Positions 10,312 to 19,876 of a DNA stretch of 64,000 nucleotides are shown here, piece by piece. The notes beneath the pieces were generated by a model that was given only the letters and a program-made list of their open reading frames with translations, was not told the origin of the DNA and made no database searches. Position 1 is the stretch's first letter. Each line of letters begins with the position of its first letter. Made by a program: the position numbers and the translations under genes. The DNA comes from an uncultured Alphaproteobacteria bacterium (GTDB lineage Bacteria; Pseudomonadota; Alphaproteobacteria; Rhizobiales; Beijerinckiaceae): contig CAVQHH010000006.1 in assembly GCA_963712225.1 (NCBI GenBank), forward strand, positions 30,557-94,556, in the 5' to 3' direction.

Positions 10312-11462
10312 GGATAGGTCCGCCCTTTCCAGCTAACTCGGCCCGTTAAGCGCTGGCGCAAGCTGTCCAATGCCATCAACGCACCCGCTGTGTAGCCGAA
10401 CGGAAACAGAAATCCGTACCAGAACGGTATGCGAAAATAGATTGCCCCAGCGAAATGCAGCCCGAAGGCCGTGGCCGAGCCGAGAATGGCTGGCACCAAG
10501 GCGAAGCAGGCGCCGTCTGTGTGCCGAGAGCACCCAATCGCGTCGGCAAGCGGCAGCAAAACGGCCGCCCATGCGAGCGCGACGCCGATGAAAACGGTCT
10601 GCACGGTCGCGACTGGCCCACCCAACATATCGATGAGATTCTTGGCAACACCCGGCCAAAGGGTGCGCCATCCGGTATACATGCGGCTGGACACCAAGCC
10701 GTCCCCACTCTTAAGAACAACCGTCCAGCCGGCTCGCTTGAGAAGCCTCGCCAGAGCAACGTCCTCGCAGATCGCTTCACATATCGCGGCATGTCCTCCG
10801 GCCGACTCATACGCATCACGGCGCACCAACATGAACTGACCGGTCGCCGTGGCGTCGTGGGTGTCCCGCGCCTGCAGCTGGTGCAAGTCCTGGCGGAATG
10901 CCAAGAGATAGAGCCCGCATGGCAAGACCAGTCGCTCGGCAAAGCTGACGAGCTCCTGGCGCGGCGCCAACGAAAGGAGGTCGATGCGCTCCACCCGGAC
11001 GGCAAGAATCACGCTTGAAATGAGTGCGGGCGCCGCATTAACATCGGCATCGAGAAAGCAGAGCCATTCAGAGGCCGGCCATGCTCCTTGGGCGCCGATC
11101 CAGCACGCATGTGATTTTCCGATCCAACGCGATGGCAGGGGCGGGCTCTGAATGAGCGCAACGCGCAAGTCTTCTCGCCTGATCGAATCCACGATCGCCG
11201 CGGTGCTGTCGCCAGAATGATCATCGACCACGATGATGCGTAACCGGGACGCTGGATAGTCCTGCCGGATCAAAGCTTTCAGGCACCGATCGATATTGTC
11301 GGCTTCATCGCGCGCGGGCACGACCACGCTCACGATCGGTGCTTGATCCGATGTGGGGCTCGCGGCAGTGGCGACGCGTTGCAGCACGCTACGCTGACGA
11401 ACCGCGCGCGCAACCAACCATGCGACCGCCGCGGCCCATGCACAGGATAGCAAAAGCAACAC
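10308..11462 (-). CDS. GT2 family glycosyltransferase (HpnB/CrtQ-like)
   Basis: VSVVVPARDEA, VVDDHSGD, WIGKSHAC, FLDADV, CEDVALAR, RMY; C-terminal TM segments. Confidence 0.85.
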   Translation of the reverse strand: MLLLLSCAWAAAVAWLVARAVRQRSVLQRVATAASPTSDQAPIVSVVVPARDEADNIDRCLKALIRQDYPASRLRIIVVDDHSGDSTAAIVDSIRREDLRVALIQSPPLPSRWIGKSHACWIGAQGAWPASEWLCFLDADVNAAPALISSVILAVRVERIDLLSLAPRQELVSFAERLVLPCGLYLLAFRQDLHQLQARDTHDATATGQFMLVRRDAYESAGGHAAICEAICEDVALARLLKRAGWTVVLKSGDGLVSSRMYTGWRTLWPGVAKNLIDMLGGPVATVQTVFIGVALAWAAVLLPLADAIGCSRHTDGACFALVPAILGSATAFGLHFAGAIYFRIPFWYGFLFPFGYTAGALMALDSLRQRLTGRVSWKGRTYP

Positions 11463-11849
11463 GCCGGCCCCCAGATCAGGCGCCTGAACCGGCGCAGCTT
11501 TTTAACTCACAAGTTCATTCCAAGTTCCGCCCCACGGAAGCTGACCCGTCCAATCGATGCATCCAGCACAGCAAGAGGGTAGCACCGGGCTCGGGGGGGA
11601 ATGGCTGCGGGTTCAGACTGTTGGTTCGGATCAGCGGTCGCGGTTTCTCATCGCGGCCGGAACGTCTGTCCCCCATCTCGTTTCGGGGCAAACTGAGCCC
11701 TCGGGTCGCTCGATCATGCGGCGGCGGAACTGCCGCCAATTCCATCCGTTCTTCTGTAACCGGTCCCAACTTGTCGCAGAAACGGCGCCGCGTTGCAACC
11801 AGACACTCCACCAAAGCGTACGGCCAAGCGATCGGCTAGGAATCGACCG

Positions 11850-12875
11850 ATGCGAATGAGTTACGCCGAATTGTTCAAGCGAGCGGTTCTTATAGTTGTA
11901 GTTGCGCTTGTTCCCTTCTTGATTTGGTACCTCTTCGACGTCATTCTCGTGGCGTTCGGAGCGATCATTCTCGCAATGGTTCTGCGGCTCGGCGCGGAGC
12001 CGTTCTCCCGCTGGCTTGCTATCCCGCGAAGCGTCGCGCTCATTGCTTCCGGCCTGCTCGCTCTTGCCGTTGCCGGTGGCGTCGGCTACCTATTTGGAAC
12101 TCTGATTAGCCGCGAACTGCAGGACGTCATTAACCGGGCAAGCGCCGCGGAACAGATTATTCAAGTCAAAATGCATGGCTCTGAGCTAGGCCAGCTGTTT
12201 TTGAGTCGGATGACGCAGGAGAATTTTTCCATTACCGGCATTATCGAGAAATTTTTCACGGTAAGCACAGGGTTTCTTGGGGCATTGCTCGTATTGGTGA
12301 TCAGTGCGATTTACTTGGCTGCCCAACCTGAACTCTACCGGCTGGGTTTGATCAAGCTTTTTCCTCCCCGGCTGCACGCCCAAGCTGCCAAAAAAATCGA
12401 TCACATCGGAAATACGCTCAGGCTCTGGATAATTGGACAGCTCATTCAAATGGTTTTGATCGGCGTGCTTTCGGGGTTGGCAGCCTGGATCATTGGCCTG
12501 CCGTCGGCGATCGCCCTTGGGCTGATCGCATTTGCGGCTGAGTTCGTGCCATACCTGGGGCCGATCATTGCGGCGGTGCCAGCTGTTCTGGTTGCCGCAA
12601 CCATAAATACGACGGCCATGCTATGGACAATCGCGGCATACGTCATCATTCACCAGATAGAAGGTAACTTGTTCACCCCCTTGATCCAACGGCACCTGGT
12701 GCTCATCCCGCCAGCCGTCATGCTCCTTGGCATCGTGACAATCAGCCTTTTGTTCGGTCCTGCCGCTGTCATTTTCGCGGCTCCTATCGTGGTTGTTGTA
12801 TTCATTGCTGTAAAGGTGCTGTATGTTCGCGATACGCTTGGCGAGGATACGGAGATTCCGGGCGAATCTGCGTGA
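11850..12875 (+). CDS. AI-2E (PerM) family transporter, divergent from the hpn block
   Basis: EFVPYLGP, QIEGNLFTP, GPAAVIFAAP; ATG at 11850 (or 11856) chosen within ORF 11793..12875. Confidence 0.85.
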   Translation: MRMSYAELFKRAVLIVVVALVPFLIWYLFDVILVAFGAIILAMVLRLGAEPFSRWLAIPRSVALIASGLLALAVAGGVGYLFGTLISRELQDVINRASAAEQIIQVKMHGSELGQLFLSRMTQENFSITGIIEKFFTVSTGFLGALLVLVISAIYLAAQPELYRLGLIKLFPPRLHAQAAKKIDHIGNTLRLWIIGQLIQMVLIGVLSGLAAWIIGLPSAIALGLIAFAAEFVPYLGPIIAAVPAVLVAATINTTAMLWTIAAYVIIHQIEGNLFTPLIQRHLVLIPPAVMLLGIVTISLLFGPAAVIFAAPIVVVVFIAVKVLYVRDTLGEDTEIPGESA

Positions 12876-13169
12876 AGCGCGGGGCGCGGTGCTGCGGCAA
12901 GCACCGGGAATCGCAGTTTCGGACCGCCGCCCGCGAGACCACGACACGCAAAGTCGCGCACCTTCTGGAACTCCGCTTCGCCCTCGGCGAGCCGGAGCTC
13001 GACACGACAACGATCGACAACGCCGCCTTCACACGCGAGGGATCGCTCCTACTTCGTACGCAAAACGGGATCGAACGGATTCCGGATTGGCTATCAAACG
13101 ACGATAAAGAAGGTAGTGAGCGACTGGCGCGCGTCGCTCGACGAGGGGACGGAGGTCAAGAACCGTCCA

Positions 13170-13694
13170 GTCTTGTGCACCCAACAGCGCTGGCCGCGTG
13201 TCCTCGGCCACACCTCCTCGACCGCCTGCCAGAAGCCGAGGGCGCCGTCGGCGACCGCAAGCTCGGGTCCCATCGCAAGCCCCCGCCGTTTGAGGTCGAG
13301 GAGGAGCTCTTTCCACGATTGCGCGCTCTCGCGGACGCCGTCGATGAGCCCGACAAGTTCCTTTTTGCCTTCGGGCGTGGCGCCGATGATCACCAGCAGG
13401 CACTGCGCGGCTTCCTCGAGCCGGGCTTGCACATGGATGCCGTCGACCCAGAAGTAAACGTAGCGTTTGGCCGAGAGATCACGCTTGCTCCAACGCGTAT
13501 GCTCGTCCGACCAGGCCTCCTTGAGCCGCCCGATGGTCGAGGCAGAGAGCCCGCCGGCATCCTTGCCGAGCAGTGCGATCAGCGCCTCCTCGAAATCACC
13601 GGTGGAGATGCCCTTCAGGTAGAGAATTGGGATCAGCACCTCTAGGCTCTTCGATCGGCGCGCATAGGGAGGCAAAATCGTCGACGAAAATCGG
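13170..13694 (-). mobile_element. Internal 525-bp fragment of an IS256-family transposase
   Basis: Reverse complement of 23483..24007 (same peptide RFSSTILPPY...QRCWVHKT); no IS ends. Confidence 0.93.
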
Positions 13695-13806
13695 CAAGCA
13701 GTTTCGCCGTATTGCAACGCGTTACGAAAAAACCGCCAGAGCCTACCTTTCAATGCTATGCATCGCAGCCGCAAGGCTCTGGATAAGAACTATCAACACG
13801 GCCTAG
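13695..13806 (+). mobile_element. 3' end remnant of an IS5-family (IS427-like) element
   Basis: Encodes KQFRRIATRYEKTARAYLSMLCIAAARLW and ends ...aacacggcctag. Confidence 0.8.
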
Positions 13807-13915
13807 AAGCAAACCTTCTCTGGACGTGGTCTGCGTTTGAGGTGGAAATTGGACACGCGCGCCGAGAGACCCACGTATCGCTCCCGTTACCGAGTTCGTT
13901 TATCAGATCGTTTCC

Positions 13916-14884
13916 ATGGAGCGTGACATGATGCAGCGCGGTGCAGATCGGGGATCATGGCCGGGCCTGCCGTATACTGCCTGGCAGGAGACCTGCACGA
14001 CGCTTCATCTGTGGACGCAGATCGTCGGCAAGATCCGGCTGTCGCAGACGCCCTGGCTCAATCATTCGTGGCAGGTCCCGCTCTACGTGACCGCGCGCGG
14101 CCTGACAACCTCACCCATACCGTATGGCGAACGGGCGTTTCAAATCGACCTCGATTTCATTGACCACGCGCTGCGCATCGAGACCAGCGACGGCCCTCGA
14201 TGGCAGATGCCGCTTCATGCGAAATCGGTGGCGGATTTCCATGCGGCAATCATGGCAGCGCTCTCCGATGTCGGCATAGAGGTGCACATCGATGAGGTTC
14301 CCAACGAATTGCCTGACCCGGTCCGCTTCAGCGAGGACCTGGTGCATGACGCGTATGACGCCGAATATGCACAACGCTTCTGGCGGGTGCTCCTGCAGGC
14401 CGATCGCGTGTTCAAGGCATTCCGCACGAGCTTTATCGGTAAGTGCAGCCCCGTACATTTTTTCTGGGGCAGCTTCGACCTGGCGGTGACGCGCTTCTCT
14501 GGCCGGCGCGCGCCACGGCATCCGGGAGGGGTTCCGAACCTTTCGGACGAAGTTGCCTGCGAGGCCTATTCGCATGAGGTGAGCAGCGCAGGCTTTTGGC
14601 CGGGCGGCGGCACCATCGATTATCCGGCCTTCTATTCCTACGCTTATCCCATGCCGGAGGGTTTTCGCTCGGCTCCTGTCCGGCCGGAGGCTGCCTTCTT
14701 CAGTCAGGAACTGGGCGAGTTCGTGTTGCCCTACGATGCGGCGCGAACGGCCGCGTCGCCGGATACGGCACTCCTGGGCTTCATGCAAACCACATATGAG
14801 GCCGCGGCCAATGCGGGCAATTGGGATCGCGCAGCACTAGAATGCGCGCCGGGAATTCCGGGTGTGCCGCGTGCGATTTCATAG
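13916..14884 (+). CDS. DUF5996 family protein
   Basis: TLHLWTQIVGKIRL, WLNHSW, GKCSPVHFFWGSFDLAVTRFSGR, EAYSHEVSSAGFWPG. Confidence 0.85.
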   Translation: MERDMMQRGADRGSWPGLPYTAWQETCTTLHLWTQIVGKIRLSQTPWLNHSWQVPLYVTARGLTTSPIPYGERAFQIDLDFIDHALRIETSDGPRWQMPLHAKSVADFHAAIMAALSDVGIEVHIDEVPNELPDPVRFSEDLVHDAYDAEYAQRFWRVLLQADRVFKAFRTSFIGKCSPVHFFWGSFDLAVTRFSGRRAPRHPGGVPNLSDEVACEAYSHEVSSAGFWPGGGTIDYPAFYSYAYPMPEGFRSAPVRPEAAFFSQELGEFVLPYDAARTAASPDTALLGFMQTTYEAAANAGNWDRAALECAPGIPGVPRAIS

Positions 14885-14926
14885 CGCCCGTACGACTTGA
14901 CGGAAAGTCGAGCAACCAAGCAGCCG

Positions 14927-16516
14927 ATGATCAGTTTCGGACGGGCCCCTTGCGATGAAGGCGTCATCCACGCCGCGGCGGACACGCCCGGCTGCGCCGA
15001 GCGGGCCCGGCCATGGGTATTGGCCGCAACCATCCTGGGCTCGAGCATGGCTTTCATCGACGGCTCTGTGGTCACTGTGGCCCTGCCGGCCATTCAAGCG
15101 GATCTGGCCACGTCCGTCGCAGCGGCGCAGTGGGTCGCCAACGCCTACATGCTGATGCTCGGCGCGCTGATCCTGGCCGGCGGCTCGGCCGGCGATTGCT
15201 TTGGCCGACGGCGCGTGTTCACGCTCGGTGTCGCTATCTTCACGGCGGCCTCCGTTGCCTGCGGATTGGCGCCGAACACCGCTGCTCTAATCGCCGCGCG
15301 GGCGGCGCAGGGCGCCGGTGGCGCGCTTTTAATCCCCGGCAGCCTTGCAATCATCAGCGCAGCTTTCCCGGCAGATGACCGCGGCAAAGCGATCGGCACC
15401 TGGGCCGGCTTTTCGGCCCTCACCACGGCTGCAGGACCGGTCCTCGGGGGCTGGCTGGTGGACGCACAGTCTTGGCGCGCGATTTTCTTTATCAATGTGC
15501 CGATTGCCCTGCTCACGCTCGGCTTGGCATTCTGGCACGTGCCTGAGAGCCGCGACGCCACGAATGATGGGACCGTGGACTGGGGGGGCGCCCTTTTGGC
15601 GGTGCTCGGGCTTATGGGATTGGCCTACGGTTTGACCGCCGCGTCCGATTTCGGTTGGATGTACCCCATCGTCCCCGGTGTCCTGTCTGGGAGCGGGCTC
15701 GTTCTCGCCCTTTTTGTCTGGTATGAGGCGCGTGCACCATCCCCCATGATGCCGCTTGGCCTGTTCCGGTCCGCGGTCTTCAGCGGCGCCAACGCGGTAA
15801 CCTTTCTGCTCTACTTCGCGCTGGCCGGCGTCCTGTTCCTCCTGCCCTTCAACCTCATTCGAATCCAAGGCTATTCGGCGACGTTAGCGGGCGCCGCCTT
15901 CCTGCCCTTCACTCTGATCATGGGCGCGCTGTCGCGCTGGTCCGGTGGGCTCATCCACCGTTACGGCGCGCGAAAACCGCTGACGATCGGCCCTGGCATC
16001 GTGGCCACCGGGTCAGCACTGTTCGCGCTCCCGGGCATCGGCGGATCCTATTGGACGACGTTCTTCCCGGCGATGGCGGTGCTCGGTCTAGGCATGGCCG
16101 TCAGCGTGGCCCCGCTGACCACGACCGTCATGAGCGCGGCCGAGAGCGAGCATGCGGGCACGGCGTCGGGCATTAACAACGCCATCTCCCGGGTTGCCGG
16201 CATGCTCGCCATCGCGCTCCTCGGCGCGGTCGCCGTCGGAGTATTCGGAGCGGCGCTCGACAGGCGCTTGGCCGAATTGCAGGTGCCGCCCGAAATTCGG
16301 CGTGCCCTTAATGCGGAGGTGCCGGAGTTTGCCGAGGCGAAGGTGCCTCCACCGATCGAGGGAGAGCAACGGCGGATGCTTGAGAAGGCCCTGGACGAGT
16401 CCTTCGTGCGGAGCTTTCGGGTTGCGATGCTCGTCGCGGCCGGTGTCGCCCTGGCGAGCGCGCTGTGCGCCGCTCTGATGATCAGCCCGCAACGCAGGAA
16501 TCCCCCATTAGCTTAG
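14927..16516 (+). CDS. DHA2-type MFS transporter
   Basis: LGSSMAFIDGSVV, GDCFGRRR, WRAIFFINVP, ~14 TM; start uncertain (14897 or 14927). Confidence 0.88.
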   Translation: MISFGRAPCDEGVIHAAADTPGCAERARPWVLAATILGSSMAFIDGSVVTVALPAIQADLATSVAAAQWVANAYMLMLGALILAGGSAGDCFGRRRVFTLGVAIFTAASVACGLAPNTAALIAARAAQGAGGALLIPGSLAIISAAFPADDRGKAIGTWAGFSALTTAAGPVLGGWLVDAQSWRAIFFINVPIALLTLGLAFWHVPESRDATNDGTVDWGGALLAVLGLMGLAYGLTAASDFGWMYPIVPGVLSGSGLVLALFVWYEARAPSPMMPLGLFRSAVFSGANAVTFLLYFALAGVLFLLPFNLIRIQGYSATLAGAAFLPFTLIMGALSRWSGGLIHRYGARKPLTIGPGIVATGSALFALPGIGGSYWTTFFPAMAVLGLGMAVSVAPLTTTVMSAAESEHAGTASGINNAISRVAGMLAIALLGAVAVGVFGAALDRRLAELQVPPEIRRALNAEVPEFAEAKVPPPIEGEQRRMLEKALDESFVRSFRVAMLVAAGVALASALCAALMISPQRRNPPLA

Positions 16517-16574
16517 ACGTTGTCACGAACATGCACGCTCTAGCGGCGGCTGAGCCGCGTGTTCGCGACGACAA

Positions 16575-16720
16575 GGTGCCTCGACATCAGCGTCGTAGAG
16601 CGGAATCCCATGGATTGTCTCGACCGTGAGTTCCGCGCCGTCGGGCACGAACTCAGCAACCGCTGCATGCCGAAAATAGCTGGGCTTGCGCTGGGAGCCG
16701 TTCACATATCCGCCTTGCAT
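16575..16720 (-). pseudogene. N-terminal remnant of an NADPH-dependent FMN reductase
   Basis: VNGSQRKPSY...VPDGAELTVETIHGIPLYDADVEA resembles the GSLRxxS...IPLYDxDVE signature; truncated. Confidence 0.55.
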
Positions 16721-16800
16721 AGTCCTATTCACAGCGCACGAAAAGTGCTACGAGTGGGGCGGGCTCGCCGCACATTTGTTCGATGGAAAGGAACTCCGCT

Positions 16801-17328
16801 ATGTCGCAAGCGAAGCGCGCTTCGAAGGGGAAGCGCCCAAGTAAAGCTGTATCCGTGCTGGGAATCGCCGGGGCGTCTTTGGCAGCATCGACCAGCGGAT
16901 CACTAGCGGATATGCCGGTAGCGGATATACCGTCGCAGAACACGGCACCGTTTCAATTCCTCGCTCTCGGCGAGGAGGAAATCTCCGACGTCAGCCTGGC
17001 GACGTTCCATTTCTTCGACAAGGAAGGCCTCGGAACACCGCAGTCAGGCATAATCCAACTTGCCAGAGGAGGCTGCGGCTGCGGACACGGTGGCGGCTGC
17101 GGACACGGTGGCGGCTGCGGACACGGCGGCGGCTGCGGACACGGTTTCGGGGGCTGCGGACACGGCTTCGGCGGCTGCAGAGGCTGCAGGGGCTTCGGCG
17201 GCAGGGGCTGCGGCGGCAGAGGCTGCGGCTGCGGCTTCGGGGGCTGCGGCTGCGGCTGGGGCGGCTACTACGGCTACGGCTACGGCGGCGGCTGCTGTTT
17301 GTCGTGGGGAGGTTGCTACTGGTGCTAG
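16801..17328 (+). CDS. Putative RiPP (azole/TOMM) precursor: signal-like N-terminus, acidic leader motif, Gly/Cys/His-rich core
   Basis: 175 aa; AAGGAA upstream of ATG; LGEEEISDVSLATFHFFDKE; 86-aa core with 17 Cys; directly upstream of YcaO and SagB genes. Confidence 0.82.
   Translation: MSQAKRASKGKRPSKAVSVLGIAGASLAASTSGSLADMPVADIPSQNTAPFQFLALGEEEISDVSLATFHFFDKEGLGTPQSGIIQLARGGCGCGHGGGCGHGGGCGHGGGCGHGFGGCGHGFGGCRGCRGFGGRGCGGRGCGCGFGGCGCGWGGYYGYGYGGGCCLSWGGCYWC
17077..17172 (+). repeat. Coding tandem repeat ggctgcggacacgg(N4-7) x5 (GCGHGG / GCGHGFG units)
   Basis: Three 18-bp units at 17077, 17095, 17113, then two 21-bp units at 17131 and 17152. Confidence 0.9.
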
Positions 17329-17601
17329 ACTGGAGCACCTTCCGATTACGTTGACGGACGCCGGTCGTCAGGGCCGGCTTTGACCAGGTTCGATCCGGCC
17401 AACCTACCTCTCATTTGCGGCGCTGCCCACGCGGATGCGCGCGTCAGGCGTGCGCAGGGCGGCTGAGTTGGGTCGCCAAGCGTATCGAGAAACGCCACAG
17501 TCAGAAAAGCTAGCGCGAGCTGGATGACGGAACCCTGGCAACCGGAGAATACGCCTTGCACTGGCGTCCGGAGTTGTGGCGAAGATGCGCGTACTGACCA
17601 C

Positions 17602-19863
17602 ATGACAGGCGATCACGGAAACAGTCTTACACAGCATAACGGCAAAGACGTTCCGCAGTTCGCGCCGAATTTCACCGTCTATGTGCTACCACCCGATGTC
17701 GTGTGCCTCTATTCCGAGGACCGGAAATTCTTGCTTCACGGCGAGCTCTATTGTGCACTCGCCGCTGCGATAGCAAAGGGTGGAAGGAGCTTTCGGGAGC
17801 TCGTTCGCGAGCTGGAGAAGGATTTTCCGTCGGACAAAATCCACGAAGCCCTGAAGCGGCTGGTCGACCGCCGCTATGTCCTCCCGGCATCGCGCTCTTC
17901 GAATGGCGCCGTGGACGCTTATTGGGCGAGCCTCGGCCTGTTGCCCGAGGCCGCGGAGAAAAATCTCCAGAAATGTCGTGTGCGCATTCAATCAATCGAC
18001 GTGCAGGGGGCAACGGAGCTCGGTGCCGCCCTGAGCGGGCTGGGCGTTCGTGTCATCAAGCGTTCCCCCGACCTGACGGTCACGTTGGTGAACGATTATC
18101 TCGAAGCGCGATTGACCGAATTGAACCGGCAGCGTTTGTCGGACCATACGCCCTGGGTGCTCGTCCAACCGTCCGGCATTTTTCCCCTGGTGGGACCGGT
18201 GTTCAGACCGGGGAAGAGCGCGTGCTGGATGTGTCTTGCCGAGCGGATGAAAAGGAACCGAGAGGTCAAGACGCTCCTCGATCGCAGGCAGGCCCGCTGG
18301 CTCACCGTTTCGCCTCTGGCCCGGCACACGTTCGGCCAGAGTGCCATCCAACTTGCGGCCGTCGAGATCGCGAAAGCGATCGCCACCGAGTTTCGCACGG
18401 AATTGAGCGATCACATCATCAGCCTCGATCTGTTGGGCTCGACCATCGTGAAGCATTACGTGGCGGCCCGCCCGCAATGTCCCAGCTGCGGCCGCAACAA
18501 GTTGCGCGATCCCCGCCGTGCGCCAGTGCCGGTCGCGCTTGGCACAGGCGGCAAGGTCGTTATGACGAGCGGGGGATACCGCAGCGTTTCGCCGTCGGCC
18601 ACGGTTGCACGTTTCCGCAGGCACGTGAGCCCCTTGACCGGTGTGGTCTCGCGTCTCGAGCGGATTGACGCCGATTTGCCCTTGAACACCAACTACCATG
18701 CCACGCACAATTTTTCAGGCCCGGCCGAGACGGTCAATGAGCTCAGGGTAGGGCTGGGCAGCGGCAGTTTCGGCAAAGGTAGTACCGCCGAACAAGGTGA
18801 AGCGAGCGCGCTGATGGAGGCGATCGAGCGCTATTCCGGGATTTTTCAGGGCGACGAGATCAGAGCCAAGCGGCGGTTTACCGATTTCCCGTCAAGCGAG
18901 GCCATTCCTGCGAACAAAGTCCTGCTGTTCAGCAACGCGCAATTGCGGCGGGGCCGGGCACCGACGCCCGGCTCGTACGATTGGGAGGCGATTCCGGAGC
19001 TATTCGATCGATCGGCCAAGATCGAATGGTCGCCGGTCTGGTCTCTGCGCGACGAACGCTTCAAATATCTTCCGACCAGCTTGTTGTATTTTTTCTATAG
19101 GGGGCCTGCCGCCTTCGCGGCGGATTCCAACGGCTGCGCCGCCGGCAACACGCTCGAGGAGGCAATCGTCCAGGGATTCCTCGAGCTGGTGGAAAGGGAT
19201 GCATACGCCATCTGGTGGTACAATCGATTGCAGCGGCCGGCGTTGGACCTCGGTCGGTTCGACAATTCCTACATCCGCGATCTGCAAAAGCAGCTGGCCG
19301 AAACCGGACGCCAGCTTTGGGTGCTCGATGTCACCAGCGATCTCGCGATTCCGACCTTTGTGGCGGTAATGCACTGGATGCAAAACGGGCGGGAAAATAT
19401 CGAATTCGGTTCCGGCGCGCACTTTGATACGCAAATCGCCGTGTTGCGTGCGCTGACGGAGCTAAACCAATTTCTATCCCTAGGTCTCATGGCCGGCGGT
19501 ACCGGGGAGAAATCGAGCCTTGACGGCATCACTCCATTGCACCTGCAGGACCATCCCTATTTGACGCCGAGCGGAGATCCGCTGGTCCAACCGGACTTCG
19601 GCTCGAAGTTTGGCCATCTCGACACGCGCGAGCAGGTGACGGCCTGCGTGCGCCTGGCCAAGCAAGCAGGCCTCGACTTCCTCGTCCTCGATCAGACGCG
19701 TCCAGACATCAAGGTCCCGGTCGTCAGAGTGATCGTTCCGGGATTGCGGCATTTCTATCGCCGCTTCGCGCGTGGCCGGCTTTACGATGTGCCGGTAAAG
19801 TTCGGATTGCGTGACCGGCCGCTCAAGGAAAACGAGCTCAATCCGATTCACCCCCATACCTGA
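17602..19863 (+). CDS. Fused TOMM cyclodehydratase (leader-binding/E1-like domain + YcaO)
   Basis: CWMC and CPSC Zn motifs; GKG...SALMEAIERYS, SNGCAAG..LEEA...ELVERDA, RALTE; Pro-rich C-terminus NPIHPHT. Confidence 0.93.
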   Translation: MTGDHGNSLTQHNGKDVPQFAPNFTVYVLPPDVVCLYSEDRKFLLHGELYCALAAAIAKGGRSFRELVRELEKDFPSDKIHEALKRLVDRRYVLPASRSSNGAVDAYWASLGLLPEAAEKNLQKCRVRIQSIDVQGATELGAALSGLGVRVIKRSPDLTVTLVNDYLEARLTELNRQRLSDHTPWVLVQPSGIFPLVGPVFRPGKSACWMCLAERMKRNREVKTLLDRRQARWLTVSPLARHTFGQSAIQLAAVEIAKAIATEFRTELSDHIISLDLLGSTIVKHYVAARPQCPSCGRNKLRDPRRAPVPVALGTGGKVVMTSGGYRSVSPSATVARFRRHVSPLTGVVSRLERIDADLPLNTNYHATHNFSGPAETVNELRVGLGSGSFGKGSTAEQGEASALMEAIERYSGIFQGDEIRAKRRFTDFPSSEAIPANKVLLFSNAQLRRGRAPTPGSYDWEAIPELFDRSAKIEWSPVWSLRDERFKYLPTSLLYFFYRGPAAFAADSNGCAAGNTLEEAIVQGFLELVERDAYAIWWYNRLQRPALDLGRFDNSYIRDLQKQLAETGRQLWVLDVTSDLAIPTFVAVMHWMQNGRENIEFGSGAHFDTQIAVLRALTELNQFLSLGLMAGGTGEKSSLDGITPLHLQDHPYLTPSGDPLVQPDFGSKFGHLDTREQVTACVRLAKQAGLDFLVLDQTRPDIKVPVVRVIVPGLRHFYRRFARGRLYDVPVKFGLRDRPLKENELNPIHPHT

Positions 19864-19876
19864 GGGTGATCCCGAC

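Noticed and set aside
12872-13645. 257-aa plus-strand ORF
   Set aside because: Most of it is the antisense of the IS256 fragment; only the first ~90 codons could be a truncated gene and I cannot identify them.
13916-16516. DUF5996 and MFS as definite parts of the RiPP cluster
   Set aside because: An FMN-reductase remnant separates them from the precursor; membership is unsupported without synteny data.
17077-17172. Short repeats as a possible CRISPR array
   Set aside because: Units are contiguous, in frame and lack unique spacers; no cas genes. No CRISPR array was seen anywhere in the window.
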